A stretch of 63,743 nucleotides of DNA, the filler included, from Lama guanicoe (Eukaryota), in NCBI GenBank assembly GCA_013239625.1. It is 202 parts of 202 records of this genome, joined end to end, with 100 filler letters (N's around TTAATTAATTAA, not from the genome) between each part and the next. Parts side by side here need not be neighbours in the genome. Positions count along the whole stretch, not along the records: positions 26,542 to 26,757 come from PNXV01038764.1; positions 26,858 to 27,073 come from PNXV01038765.1; positions 27,174 to 27,389 come from PNXV01038766.1; positions 27,490 to 27,705 come from PNXV01038767.1; positions 27,806 to 28,021 come from PNXV01038768.1; positions 28,122 to 28,337 come from PNXV01038769.1; positions 28,438 to 28,653 come from PNXV01038770.1; positions 28,754 to 28,969 come from PNXV01038771.1; 194 more parts are not named here. One strand, 5' to 3'. Below the pieces are notes generated by a model. It had not been told where the DNA came from, searched no databases, and saw nothing but the letters and a program-made list of their open reading frames with translations. Shown here piece by piece: positions 26,542 through 37,501 of the stretch. The position numbers and the translations under genes were made by a program. Each line of letters begins with the position of its first letter. The stretch's first letter is position 1.

Positions 26542-26757
26542 TGTTGGTGGGAATGTAAATTGGTGCAGCCACTATGGAGAACAGTATGAAAGTTTCTAAA
26601 AAAGCTAAAAGTAGAGTTACCATGTGATCTGACAATCCCACTTTTGGGCATATATCTGGAAGAGATGAAAACACTAACTTGAAAAAACACACGCACCCTA
26701 ACATTCATAGCAGCACTATTCACAATAGCCAAGTCACAAAAACAACCTAAATGTCCA
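26542..26757 (+). mobile_element. LINE-1 ORF2 C-terminal fragment
   Basis: tgttggtgggaatgtaaattggtgcagccactatggagaacagtatg and ttcatagcagcactattcacaatagccaag ([10 protein letters not shown]). Confidence 0.93.
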
Positions 26758-26857
26758 NNNNNNNNNNNNNNNNNNNNNNNNNNNNNNNNNNNNNNNNNNN
26801 NTTAATTAATTAANNNNNNNNNNNNNNNNNNNNNNNNNNNNNNNNNNNNNNNNNNNN

Positions 26858-27073
26858 TTTAATGATCTCGGATGACCAAACCAGCCTTCGGAGCGTTCTC
26901 TGTCCTTCTGACTTTACTTGTGATGTGACCATGTTCGTTATAATCTCAAAGGAGAAAAAAAAACCTTGTAAAAAAACCAACAACAACAACAACAACAAAA
27001 TCTTATTCCGAGCATTTCAGTAACTTTTTTGTGTATGTACTTAGCTGTACTATAAGTAGTTGGTTTGTATGAG
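26858..27073 (+). other. PTMA: Prothymosin alpha 3' UTR (parent gene or processed pseudogene)
   Basis: Recognisable conserved PTMA 3' UTR sequence: gatctcggatgaccaaaccagccttcggagcgttctctgtcc...ataatctcaaaggagaaaaaaaaaccttg...tcttattccgagcatt...tacttagctgtactataagtagttggtttgtatgag. Confidence 0.8.
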
Positions 27074-27805
27074 NNNNNNNNNNNNNNNNNNNNNNNNNNN
27101 NNNNNNNNNNNNNNNNNTTAATTAATTAANNNNNNNNNNNNNNNNNNNNNNNNNNNNNNNNNNNNNNNNNNNNCCCGAGTGTGTTCCATCCTGAGGCCTG
27201 GGCATGTGCAGTCCTCGTTTTTATGCTCCCGCCCCCTCCCCTAGTATTCTTGCAGAGACTTGGGATATGAAATGAGAGCAAAGGAAGCAATGTTCTGTCG
27301 GTAAGGACTGGTTTAATAAATGAGGGTCCACCCAAACAAGATTTCTAGAGAGTCTCAAAAAAAAGAAGGTGGAACTCTTTTATCTATTGNNNNNNNNNNN
27401 NNNNNNNNNNNNNNNNNNNNNNNNNNNNNNNNNTTAATTAATTAANNNNNNNNNNNNNNNNNNNNNNNNNNNNNNNNNNNNNNNNNNNNCCTTTTCCCAG
27501 ACTCAGGTTATTTTACTTCCCACAGGAATTTCTTTTGGAGGTGCTATTTTGGGGAGAAGTAGCTGCATCTGAATAGAAAATGTTTAGAGAGGTCAGCCTC
27601 AGTGCAGGAACACTTGTTAAGTGTGCTTTAAATAACGGAGAGAGAATAAGGAGTTTCAATTACGGTAAGATTTGGAAAACATCAGGGAAATTTGGTTTAT
27701 GATGGNNNNNNNNNNNNNNNNNNNNNNNNNNNNNNNNNNNNNNNNNNNNTTAATTAATTAANNNNNNNNNNNNNNNNNNNNNNNNNNNNNNNNNNNNNNN
27801 NNNNN

Positions 27806-28021
27806 AGTAGGTAGACTCAACAGTATGAGGTGACAGAGGAAAGAAAATCAGTGAATTTGAAAACAGATTAATATGGTTTATGCAATTTGAAGAAGCAAAA
27901 GAAAAAGAATGAGGAAAAATGAACAGAACCTCAGAGAAATGTGAAACATCATTCAGCACTTCAACGTACATGAAATTGGAATTCCAGAGGAGGAGAGAGA
28001 GGTAAAGTTGCAAAAAAAAAA
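27806..28021 (+). mobile_element. Old LINE-1 ORF1 fragment (degenerate)
   Basis: aaatcagtgaatttgaaaacag...aaaaatgaacagaacctcagagaaatgtg...attggaattccagaggaggagag resemble the L1 ORF1 ISELED / NEQ.LRE.W / IGIPE motifs. Confidence 0.75.
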
Positions 28022-29385
28022 NNNNNNNNNNNNNNNNNNNNNNNNNNNNNNNNNNNNNNNNNNNNTTAATTAATTAANNNNNNNNNNNNNNNNNNNNNNN
28101 NNNNNNNNNNNNNNNNNNNNNAATGGTGGCCGCGTCCGCTCACTCAGCTGCATAACCGAATGGAAACTGAGTAAGTTCCTCAGAACTCGTGCCCAGCATG
28201 TCTGCAGTGGGGGGGGGACTTCCGTGTGTGGAGCTTCCTTACTACTGCCGTGTCACGCCATCACATTCTCCTGAGGCCGCGTCAGCGTGGGGCCACCCTC
28301 CCCATCTGGCTGGAGATACGGTGTCCGGGTTTCAGACNNNNNNNNNNNNNNNNNNNNNNNNNNNNNNNNNNNNNNNNNNNNTTAATTAATTAANNNNNNN
28401 NNNNNNNNNNNNNNNNNNNNNNNNNNNNNNNNNNNNNGGTGTCTGCCACTCGGGCTCAGGGGACGACTCTGGGCTGGTGTCCGCGATGCAGCATGAAGGG
28501 GGGTGATTAGGGAATGCTGGAGATCAACATCTCTGGAAGGGAGGGAACAGACACGGGACGGGTGAAAAGGATGCTGATCTGTGATGCCGTCTTGATGGAA
28601 GCGGAAACTCGGCTGGCCCTGCAGGGAGTTCTGAGGACAGGATGGCCCTTCAGNNNNNNNNNNNNNNNNNNNNNNNNNNNNNNNNNNNNNNNNNNNNTTA
28701 ATTAATTAANNNNNNNNNNNNNNNNNNNNNNNNNNNNNNNNNNNNNNNNNNNNTTGAGGGTTAATTTTTCTCCCTCATCATCAACTTTCCTTCCACTGCA
28801 GAATCTGTGAGTCTGGCCAAAAGCGCTTCCTAGAAGAGGGCCCACGTGCCGCGGCAGAAGCCACCCAGCCACGCTGCACCCCAGGGAGCTCCAAAGAAGG
28901 CGGGGTTGACAACTGCAGCGTGCGACGTGCCGGGATTTCTCTGGCCGTGCGCCAGCTAGTCAGAGGCAANNNNNNNNNNNNNNNNNNNNNNNNNNNNNNN
29001 NNNNNNNNNNNNNTTAATTAATTAANNNNNNNNNNNNNNNNNNNNNNNNNNNNNNNNNNNNNNNNNNNNGGGGAGATGGGGCATCAGATTCCTTTGCCAG
29101 CAGGTCTCTAAGAGGCAGCCTAGGGGAGGAGCAGGGCAGCTATTGGGCCCGGGGCTTCCTGGGTGTGGAATCTTCTTGCTGGCACTCACCCTGAGCGTGT
29201 CCTGGGCTCTGCTGCTGTCGTGGGGCACCTGCCTCCCCTGCAGGGAGGTGGAGCGGGGATCTCCATGGACCAGGTCCTGTCCCATNNNNNNNNNNNNNNN
29301 NNNNNNNNNNNNNNNNNNNNNNNNNNNNNTTAATTAATTAANNNNNNNNNNNNNNNNNNNNNNNNNNNNNNNNNNNNNNNNNNNN

Positions 29386-29601
29386 GCCTAAACCCTCCTG
29401 TGTATGCACACTCATGGGCCTGCTCGATCCTGTGGCAGCACACCCTTGGGCCTGCACACTCCTCGGTCTTCACACTCCTAGGCCTGTACACTCCTGGACC
29501 TGCCTTCTTGGCCGGCCCTCAACATAACTGCCTTCTCCTTTGCGCACTCCTGGGCCTGGACACACCTGGGCCTGACCCCAACTGTCCTGCCCTCTGCTGT
29601 G
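29386..29601. repeat. Degenerate minisatellite, 16-bp unit (consensus CCTGCACACTCCTGGG)
   Basis: Consecutive units cctgcacactcctcgg, tcttcacactcctagg, cctgtacactcctgga; more units near 29540-29575. Confidence 0.8.
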
Positions 29602-30029
29602 NNNNNNNNNNNNNNNNNNNNNNNNNNNNNNNNNNNNNNNNNNNNTTAATTAATTAANNNNNNNNNNNNNNNNNNNNNNNNNNNNNNNNNNNNNNNNNNN
29701 NAAAGAAAGGAAGAAAGAAAGAAGAATAAAACATGAAGACAGGCATATATATAGATAAATTTTAATACAATATGTTAAATATTTTAAAAATGATCAAAGC
29801 ATATTGAAGGCCTAACGTGTAGCAGTAAAGAAAAAAAGAAAAAAGTAGGTGATATACAGTAAAGAAGGGGCTACCAAGAAGCAAAATAGAAAGATTAGAC
29901 AAGCAACTAAACATAAANNNNNNNNNNNNNNNNNNNNNNNNNNNNNNNNNNNNNNNNNNNNTTAATTAATTAANNNNNNNNNNNNNNNNNNNNNNNNNNN
30001 NNNNNNNNNNNNNNNNNCCCTGCCCTCAC

Positions 30030-30107
30030 CGTGCTCATCCACAAATTCCGTAGAAATGATAAAATCATCACCCTTGTGAACAACACTGGATATTCTCAGT
30101 CTTAAAT
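30030..30107 (-). CDS. Candidate 78-nt internal coding exon, product unrecognised
   Basis: Minus strand has a ccccTTTGCAG acceptor, an open frame (D)LRLRISSVVHKGDDFIISTEFVDEH(G) and a G|GTGAGG donor; symmetric phase 1-1. Confidence 0.4.
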
Positions 30108-31315
30108 CTGCAAAGGGGCCCCCAAAGATCAATGCAGTCAGGAAGCCAGCCAGCAAGAGAAGTCCATGATTGCAGAAGAGATGACGCCAGCACAGAACGG
30201 TGGGAACAGCACAGAGGTTGCTTTTCCTCTGGANNNNNNNNNNNNNNNNNNNNNNNNNNNNNNNNNNNNNNNNNNNNTTAATTAATTAANNNNNNNNNNN
30301 NNNNNNNNNNNNNNNNNNNNNNNNNNNNNNNNNAATTCCACTGGATAAGGAGAGCCACCACTGATGACTGGCTGCTGATGCAGGCTAAGTGTAGGGCAGT
30401 CCTGCGAACATGAGGGGACTTTTTAGGAAATTAGAGCATACTAGTTCAAAGATACAATTACTCACGTAACTGTAAACATTCAACAAACAGCATGCTATTT
30501 CTACCCCTTTAAAACTAACATTTAGTCTTCTTATCTTAGTTCTTTCTATNNNNNNNNNNNNNNNNNNNNNNNNNNNNNNNNNNNNNNNNNNNNTTAATTA
30601 ATTAANNNNNNNNNNNNNNNNNNNNNNNNNNNNNNNNNNNNNNNNNNNNACTTTCCGCTGCCCATGTTTCTGCCATAAGCCCCAGCCATATCCATCATCG
30701 TCCACATGGACTGCCAACCAGAAAGGAGGTCTGGGTCTGCAGTGCACAGCGCTTACGCTTGGGTCACCTTCCTCTTACTTCCAACAAATGCATATTCGGT
30801 CTCATCAGGCCAGTTTCAGATTTCTCCCTTTTTAATCAGTTTATACAGGGGTTTGGCTATTTGGGNNNNNNNNNNNNNNNNNNNNNNNNNNNNNNNNNNN
30901 NNNNNNNNNTTAATTAATTAANNNNNNNNNNNNNNNNNNNNNNNNNNNNNNNNNNNNNNNNNNNNTCATGGTGTGTTGGACACACAAATCTGCCTTAAGA
31001 AACACCTTCTCCCCCTTTTCTTACTTTATTCCATGGCTTGTGGATATTCATTTTATATTTTGTCTTATAATCTAGTATTATGTTCTTCCTATTTTTTTGT
31101 TGTTGGTTTCGTTGGTTTTTTAAATTTTCATTTAATTTTCAGCTTTGGCCTTTGGAGCGCTGTTTCCTCCTGTACTATGAGNNNNNNNNNNNNNNNNNNN
31201 NNNNNNNNNNNNNNNNNNNNNNNNNTTAATTAATTAANNNNNNNNNNNNNNNNNNNNNNNNNNNNNNNNNNNNNNNNNNNNTCAAAATTCTACCTAAGAA
31301 AACTGAATAATGATC

Positions 31316-31447
31316 TTTTTATTTGGTTTTTTGTTTGTAAGTTTGGGGGAAGTAATTAGGTTTGTCAATTTCTTTACATTAATGGCAGTACTGGGGATTG
31401 AACCCAGCACTACATGCATGCTGATAAGCATGCGCTCAACCACTGAG
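31316..31447 (-). mobile_element. tRNA-derived SINE, camelid Vic-1-like, with 3' extension
   Basis: Minus strand reads ctcagtggttgagcgcatgcttatcagcatgcatgtagtgctgggttcaatccccagtactgccatt...aaacctaattacttcccccaaa followed by an A-rich tail; homologous to 6992-7075. Confidence 0.78.
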
Positions 31448-33493
31448 AATAGAACTTTATTCCTGAGAATAGGGAAAGCAGGGAGGCACGCCCGATGNNN
31501 NNNNNNNNNNNNNNNNNNNNNNNNNNNNNNNNNNNNNNNNNTTAATTAATTAANNNNNNNNNNNNNNNNNNNNNNNNNNNNNNNNNNNNNNNNNNNNCAG
31601 GGACTCAGCCACTGACCCCGCTGCCAGGGGACAAGGTGTTGACCTTTGCATGTGTATTTCAGAGCTGGAGGCCCCACCGGACACCTGGTCCTGTGCAGAT
31701 GCTGGGGACCAGGACTGCGTCCTCCCAAGACATCAGACCAGGAGGACCGAGGATGTTTCTTTCCACTCCCTCCCACTCCGGCCATCCTTTCCCTCGTTCC
31801 CCGTGAAGGCCTTNNNNNNNNNNNNNNNNNNNNNNNNNNNNNNNNNNNNNNNNNNNNTTAATTAATTAANNNNNNNNNNNNNNNNNNNNNNNNNNNNNNN
31901 NNNNNNNNNNNNNGACCCCCCACATCCCCTGGGTCTGGTGGTCAGCGGGGCTTCCACTCAGGGCTCCCCAGGCCTGTAACGGGGAAAGTTTCCCAACTGG
32001 CCACCAGCCCAGGGTACAGTCTCTGTGTGAAAGGCCTGTCCTGTGTCTGGGGCCCTGGTTTCTGCAGCTGCTGCCCAGGGGACAACCATCCATCACCTCC
32101 TCCCGTGGCCAGTGGAGCCGGCATCCATGNNNNNNNNNNNNNNNNNNNNNNNNNNNNNNNNNNNNNNNNNNNNTTAATTAATTAANNNNNNNNNNNNNNN
32201 NNNNNNNNNNNNNNNNNNNNNNNNNNNNNTTTATATGTCCCACTCTTGCTCCACTACTGTGTTATTTAATATATTATTATTATCTGCTTCAAAGCATAGT
32301 TAGACAAAGTATTTTTCTTCAACAATGGTGAAATGTTTTGTCTACATTTTTATCTACATCTTGGCAACTTTTTCTTTTTTTTAGCAATGTTCTTTTCCCT
32401 TTTTGTCTTGTAATGTCTTTCTGTGGATCTAGTGCCTTTTTTTTTNNNNNNNNNNNNNNNNNNNNNNNNNNNNNNNNNNNNNNNNNNNNTTAATTAATTA
32501 ANNNNNNNNNNNNNNNNNNNNNNNNNNNNNNNNNNNNNNNNNNNNAACGAGGCGCCCAAATCTGAGACACAGAAAGAAAAAATTAAGAAAATACGTGTGG
32601 AAGAAACTGGAAGATGATTACCCCTTCTTTAACTCAAGGTTCAAGGTACACAATTGGCAGAAACGAGACTGAAGGAAGGAGTAAATTAACAGGTGGGTGA
32701 CAAGAAGCATATCCGGACGGCCTAATGTCATCTAAAGGTGGCCCAGCGGCTTGGAAGCGGGNNNNNNNNNNNNNNNNNNNNNNNNNNNNNNNNNNNNNNN
32801 NNNNNTTAATTAATTAANNNNNNNNNNNNNNNNNNNNNNNNNNNNNNNNNNNNNNNNNNNNAACATTTATTGAGTGCCTAGAGAATGTGGTTAGGTGTGG
32901 GAGAGACAGACGAACAAGACAAGCTCAGATTTCAGCTACACTATCACTGGGCGGAACCCCAACCTGCTGCTGCCGCTGCTAGAGAAAAGTGAAGAACCAC
33001 GCCAACCAGTCTCACTTTAAACCTATGACATAAGAGGACACTTAGTCCTGCTAGCTCCTTCATATTGCATTTCTCCTNNNNNNNNNNNNNNNNNNNNNNN
33101 NNNNNNNNNNNNNNNNNNNNNTTAATTAATTAANNNNNNNNNNNNNNNNNNNNNNNNNNNNNNNNNNNNNNNNNNNNGAATAAAAAAATTATAAATTATA
33201 TTTAGCTTAAAAAAAGGATAAGTGACGAGAGATAGCAAGTGTCAGTGACACGGGTAGAAAAGGCATCCAGAATCATAGGTATTTGAATATGTCATATAAT
33301 GTAAGATTTTTGAAAGTTCTTTATGGCAAGATTATATTAGGCACACTTTTGTTTTCATTATAGCTTTATTTTAGATCTGTATTAGGAATTTACNNNNNNN
33401 NNNNNNNNNNNNNNNNNNNNNNNNNNNNNNNNNNNNNTTAATTAATTAANNNNNNNNNNNNNNNNNNNNNNNNNNNNNNNNNNNNNNNNNNNN

Positions 33494-33709
33494 CTCTGAT
33501 ATAAATCTCAGCAACGTTCTCCTAGGACAGCCTACCTAGGCGGTAGAAATAAAAGCAAAAATAAACAAATGGGACCCAGTTAAACTTGCAAGATTTTGCA
33601 CAGCCAAGGGAACTATAAACGAAACAAAAAGAACAATCTACTGAGTGAGAGAAAATATTCGCAAACAATGTAACTGACAAAGGCTTAATTTCCAGGATAT
33701 ACAAACAAC
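33494..33709 (+). mobile_element. LINE-1 ORF2 fragment
   Basis: AKINKWD.VKL..FCTAK and EKIFAN..TDKGLISRIYK motifs. Confidence 0.92.
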
Positions 33710-33882
33710 NNNNNNNNNNNNNNNNNNNNNNNNNNNNNNNNNNNNNNNNNNNNTTAATTAATTAANNNNNNNNNNNNNNNNNNNNNNNNNNNNNNNNNNN
33801 NNNNNNNNNTTTGATGAGGAATGCATCTAGTAGTCTGATGTCTGTATTTAATGCAAAAGATATTTTTCGACGATTTTTCCAG

Positions 33883-33987
33883 GTTACTGTCCTTCCAAAA
33901 GGCATTCTGGTGAACTTATCCTGAAACTACGTGTGGTTCTTATCCTATGTCTGACATTCACGGTGTGTGTACTGGCTACTTTTTTCG
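33883..33987 (+). CDS. CLEC2D: C-type lectin CLEC2D (LLT1)-like cytoplasmic/transmembrane exon
   Basis: TTTTTCCAG acceptor, 105-nt phase 1-1 exon, G|GTAAGT donor. Encodes (G)YCPSKRHSGELILKLRVVLILCLTFTVCVLATFF, which aligns from memory to human CLEC2D GCLHSKEHSIKATLIWRLFFLIMFLTIIVCGMVAAL. Absent from the ORF track. Confidence 0.7.
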
Positions 33988-36653
33988 GTAAGTGAATTGC
34001 AATCTTTGTTCACCTGGAGAATTCCNNNNNNNNNNNNNNNNNNNNNNNNNNNNNNNNNNNNNNNNNNNNTTAATTAATTAANNNNNNNNNNNNNNNNNNN
34101 NNNNNNNNNNNNNNNNNNNNNNNNNGGAAGCCTGACCTGGAAATCCAACAGGACAGTGCAAAGCGGTGGTGTGCGGCTTGAGGCCAGGTCATAAAAGCCG
34201 ACACACCATGACATAGGGACGGTCAAGCACCCCGCAGGGAAGCCCCCATGGAAAGGACCGCAGGCCTCCTGCTGACAGCCAGCAGTGACATAGCAGCCCC
34301 GTGCGTGCACCATCTTGCTCGTGGGTCCCAGCCCCAGTCAANNNNNNNNNNNNNNNNNNNNNNNNNNNNNNNNNNNNNNNNNNNNTTAATTAATTAANNN
34401 NNNNNNNNNNNNNNNNNNNNNNNNNNNNNNNNNNNNNNNNNGCATAAATTCTGGGGGAACACAATTCAGTCCACAACAGGGGGCAAAAGTAGGTGCCATA
34501 ATCCAAGCATTGCAATTCTGACAAGAAGGGGAAAGGAGTGCAAAAACTGTATGTCCCTTTCTCAGGAAAGAACTCCTTGGATGACTTCCACTTGTGTCCC
34601 ATGGTCACCCCCAGCAGCAAGGAAGACTTGGAAGTGAGAGGGAGGTGACTGGGGAGGNNNNNNNNNNNNNNNNNNNNNNNNNNNNNNNNNNNNNNNNNNN
34701 NTTAATTAATTAANNNNNNNNNNNNNNNNNNNNNNNNNNNNNNNNNNNNNNNNNNNNATCACTGTTAATGAGTGAAAAGTTGAAAATTTAGCAGGTGTTC
34801 TTCGAGTAAACTTCTCAAGGGTTTTAGACTAATTAAAAATCTCTACTAGGTCATTTTCCTTTTTAAGTATGAAGCGTCAGGGAGGCAGTGTGGAGAAGCA
34901 GCTGGGGCTGTCATAATAAATGAAGTTGTCAGGAGCCAGGAATACTGAGTTTTCTTCTCCGCTCCTCCCAGGGNNNNNNNNNNNNNNNNNNNNNNNNNNN
35001 NNNNNNNNNNNNNNNNNTTAATTAATTAANNNNNNNNNNNNNNNNNNNNNNNNNNNNNNNNNNNNNNNNNNNNGTGCTGCTGTGTTCTGCACGAGGCATT
35101 GGTTCGGTGCGCGTGGTCCTGTGCTGGGCTCTGGAAGTTGCAACAAGGAGGAAGATGAACAGTCCTTGCCCTTGAGGGGCTGCAGTCCAGCCAAGAACAC
35201 AAAGCGCCAAGAGGAGGTTGGTGTGAAGAAAGAGGGCAGTCACTTGGCTTCGAGGAGGTGGCCGGACTTCCCCTGGACCTTGAGGAGTANNNNNNNNNNN
35301 NNNNNNNNNNNNNNNNNNNNNNNNNNNNNNNNNTTAATTAATTAANNNNNNNNNNNNNNNNNNNNNNNNNNNNNNNNNNNNNNNNNNNNTTTTGTTTCTT
35401 CACTGGGACAAAAATTCCTCCTGGGATAGCAGCTGTCATGACATTTGCAGTGAGGCCCTGAGCTGGAGTCCTGGCTGCCTGGCCTGAGCCAGTCTGTAAC
35501 TCTCTGGCAACTAATCCTCCTTTCATAACCATAGTGACGTGGACTTCACCCCGTAGGTGAGAGCTTACGGAGTGCCACTTAGGTAAAGGTGACCTGGGGC
35601 CTGTGNNNNNNNNNNNNNNNNNNNNNNNNNNNNNNNNNNNNNNNNNNNNTTAATTAATTAANNNNNNNNNNNNNNNNNNNNNNNNNNNNNNNNNNNNNNN
35701 NNNNNATATCTCTGTTTCATTGTTCGAGTTGCTTTCTTGGGGTTTCAGTTATTGCTCTGTAGGTTGGACTTCTTAGGAAGAGAAAATTCCAAGGTATTGT
35801 TTTAAATTTGGTTTTAGGTCCTTAATCAGTACAGTATTATGTGAGCATTTTAGGAGAAATAAAATGAAGCCTGGAGAGCTTCCTAAAATTATTTTATGAA
35901 ATTAGGTTTAGATCAGTGGAANNNNNNNNNNNNNNNNNNNNNNNNNNNNNNNNNNNNNNNNNNNNTTAATTAATTAANNNNNNNNNNNNNNNNNNNNNNN
36001 NNNNNNNNNNNNNNNNNNNNNAAGGCCTGTGTCTCTATCCAACACTAGACAGTATTTACATAGAGCCCGCCCTCCCTCCACTGGCCAGTGCCTCCCTCCT
36101 CCCCGACAGGATCCTGAGCCAGAGATGTCTCTTGGCCAGGGCTCTAGGCAGATCTCACGCGCTGTCCAGCGTGCAGGCCCCCCAGGTGTCACAGGTACAT
36201 CATTCACACATTCACACTGCCATCTGGGCCTTGTTGGNNNNNNNNNNNNNNNNNNNNNNNNNNNNNNNNNNNNNNNNNNNNTTAATTAATTAANNNNNNN
36301 NNNNNNNNNNNNNNNNNNNNNNNNNNNNNNNNNNNNNAGTCAGCCATCCTTCATGAGCCTGGGGGAGCTGACCTTTTATCTAAGTCTCTCCCCTGCCTTG
36401 TATCCCGAAATGTCGCGCAACCGTCCCTCCCTTCTCTCCAATGACCTGTTGTTGTTTCTACCCTTTGGAAAAGAGCTGCCCTTTGGGAAAAAGAGGACGT
36501 GAGGACGTACACATGATTCTTGGCCCTCTGCCCTCTCCTCTCCCGTGCTAGGGNNNNNNNNNNNNNNNNNNNNNNNNNNNNNNNNNNNNNNNNNNNNTTA
36601 ATTAATTAANNNNNNNNNNNNNNNNNNNNNNNNNNNNNNNNNNNNNNNNNNNN

Positions 36654-36815
36654 ATGTCTTGGCTGTTGTAAACAGTGCTGCTGTATGTGTCTTTCTGAGT
36701 GAGAGTTTTCTCTAGATACGTGCCCAGGAGTGGGATTCCTTGATCATATGGTAACTCTATTTTTAGTTTTTAAAAGAAGCTTCATACTGTTCTCCATAGT
36801 GGCTGCACCAATTTT
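36654..36815 (-). mobile_element. LINE-1 ORF2 3' fragment
   Basis: catactgttctccatagtggctgcaccaatttta is the reverse complement of the L1 motif in 26542-26757. Confidence 0.85.
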
Positions 36816-37285
36816 ATTGGTGGAATTTTTGTTATTATTATGTTCTAAAGAGTTACTAAGTTCCATTTGNNNNNNNNNNNNNNNNNNNNNNNNNNNNNNN
36901 NNNNNNNNNNNNNTTAATTAATTAANNNNNNNNNNNNNNNNNNNNNNNNNNNNNNNNNNNNNNNNNNNNCGTTCTTCCTAGGGAATGTCTCAAACGTATT
37001 GTGGCTTTAACTACCATGTAAGGTGTTTTGCTGCTCAAATTTGTATCTTCTGCCCAGTTCTTTTTCCCTTAATTTTTGGGTTTGCATATTCAAGTCTTGA
37101 TTGGATATTTTCTAAGCTCTTTAAACTGAACAAACAAAAAATCAGTTCATCAAACTTACTTCTCTTTCCTTTCATCCTATCTCAANNNNNNNNNNNNNNN
37201 NNNNNNNNNNNNNNNNNNNNNNNNNNNNNTTAATTAATTAANNNNNNNNNNNNNNNNNNNNNNNNNNNNNNNNNNNNNNNNNNNN

Positions 37286-37501
37286 ATGAGTCCAGGAGCA
37301 TCACAACTGCCCTAGAGGACATGAAACAACAAATACATAATGTAGGGGATTCAGATGCATATGTGGGAGAAATTACATCTCAAGTTAACACCTGATTTTC
37401 TGGCATCTTTCCATGGACCTCAAGGTCTCAAATGCATTCTTTTGGGAATTTTACAGTTTCTGTTTTCACTTCTGTTAACAAAAGTGTATATATATATATA
37501 T
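37286..37501 (+). pseudogene. Decayed endogenous retrovirus env TM-subunit fragment
   Basis: ESRSITTALEDMKQQIHN...ITSQVNT*FSGIFPW (TGA 37393-37395 where Trp would be expected), then a shifted-frame hydrophobic stretch CILLGILQFLFSLLL. Fits the heptad-2 / membrane-proximal / TM layout after the CX6CC motif, which lies outside the contig. Confidence 0.5.
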
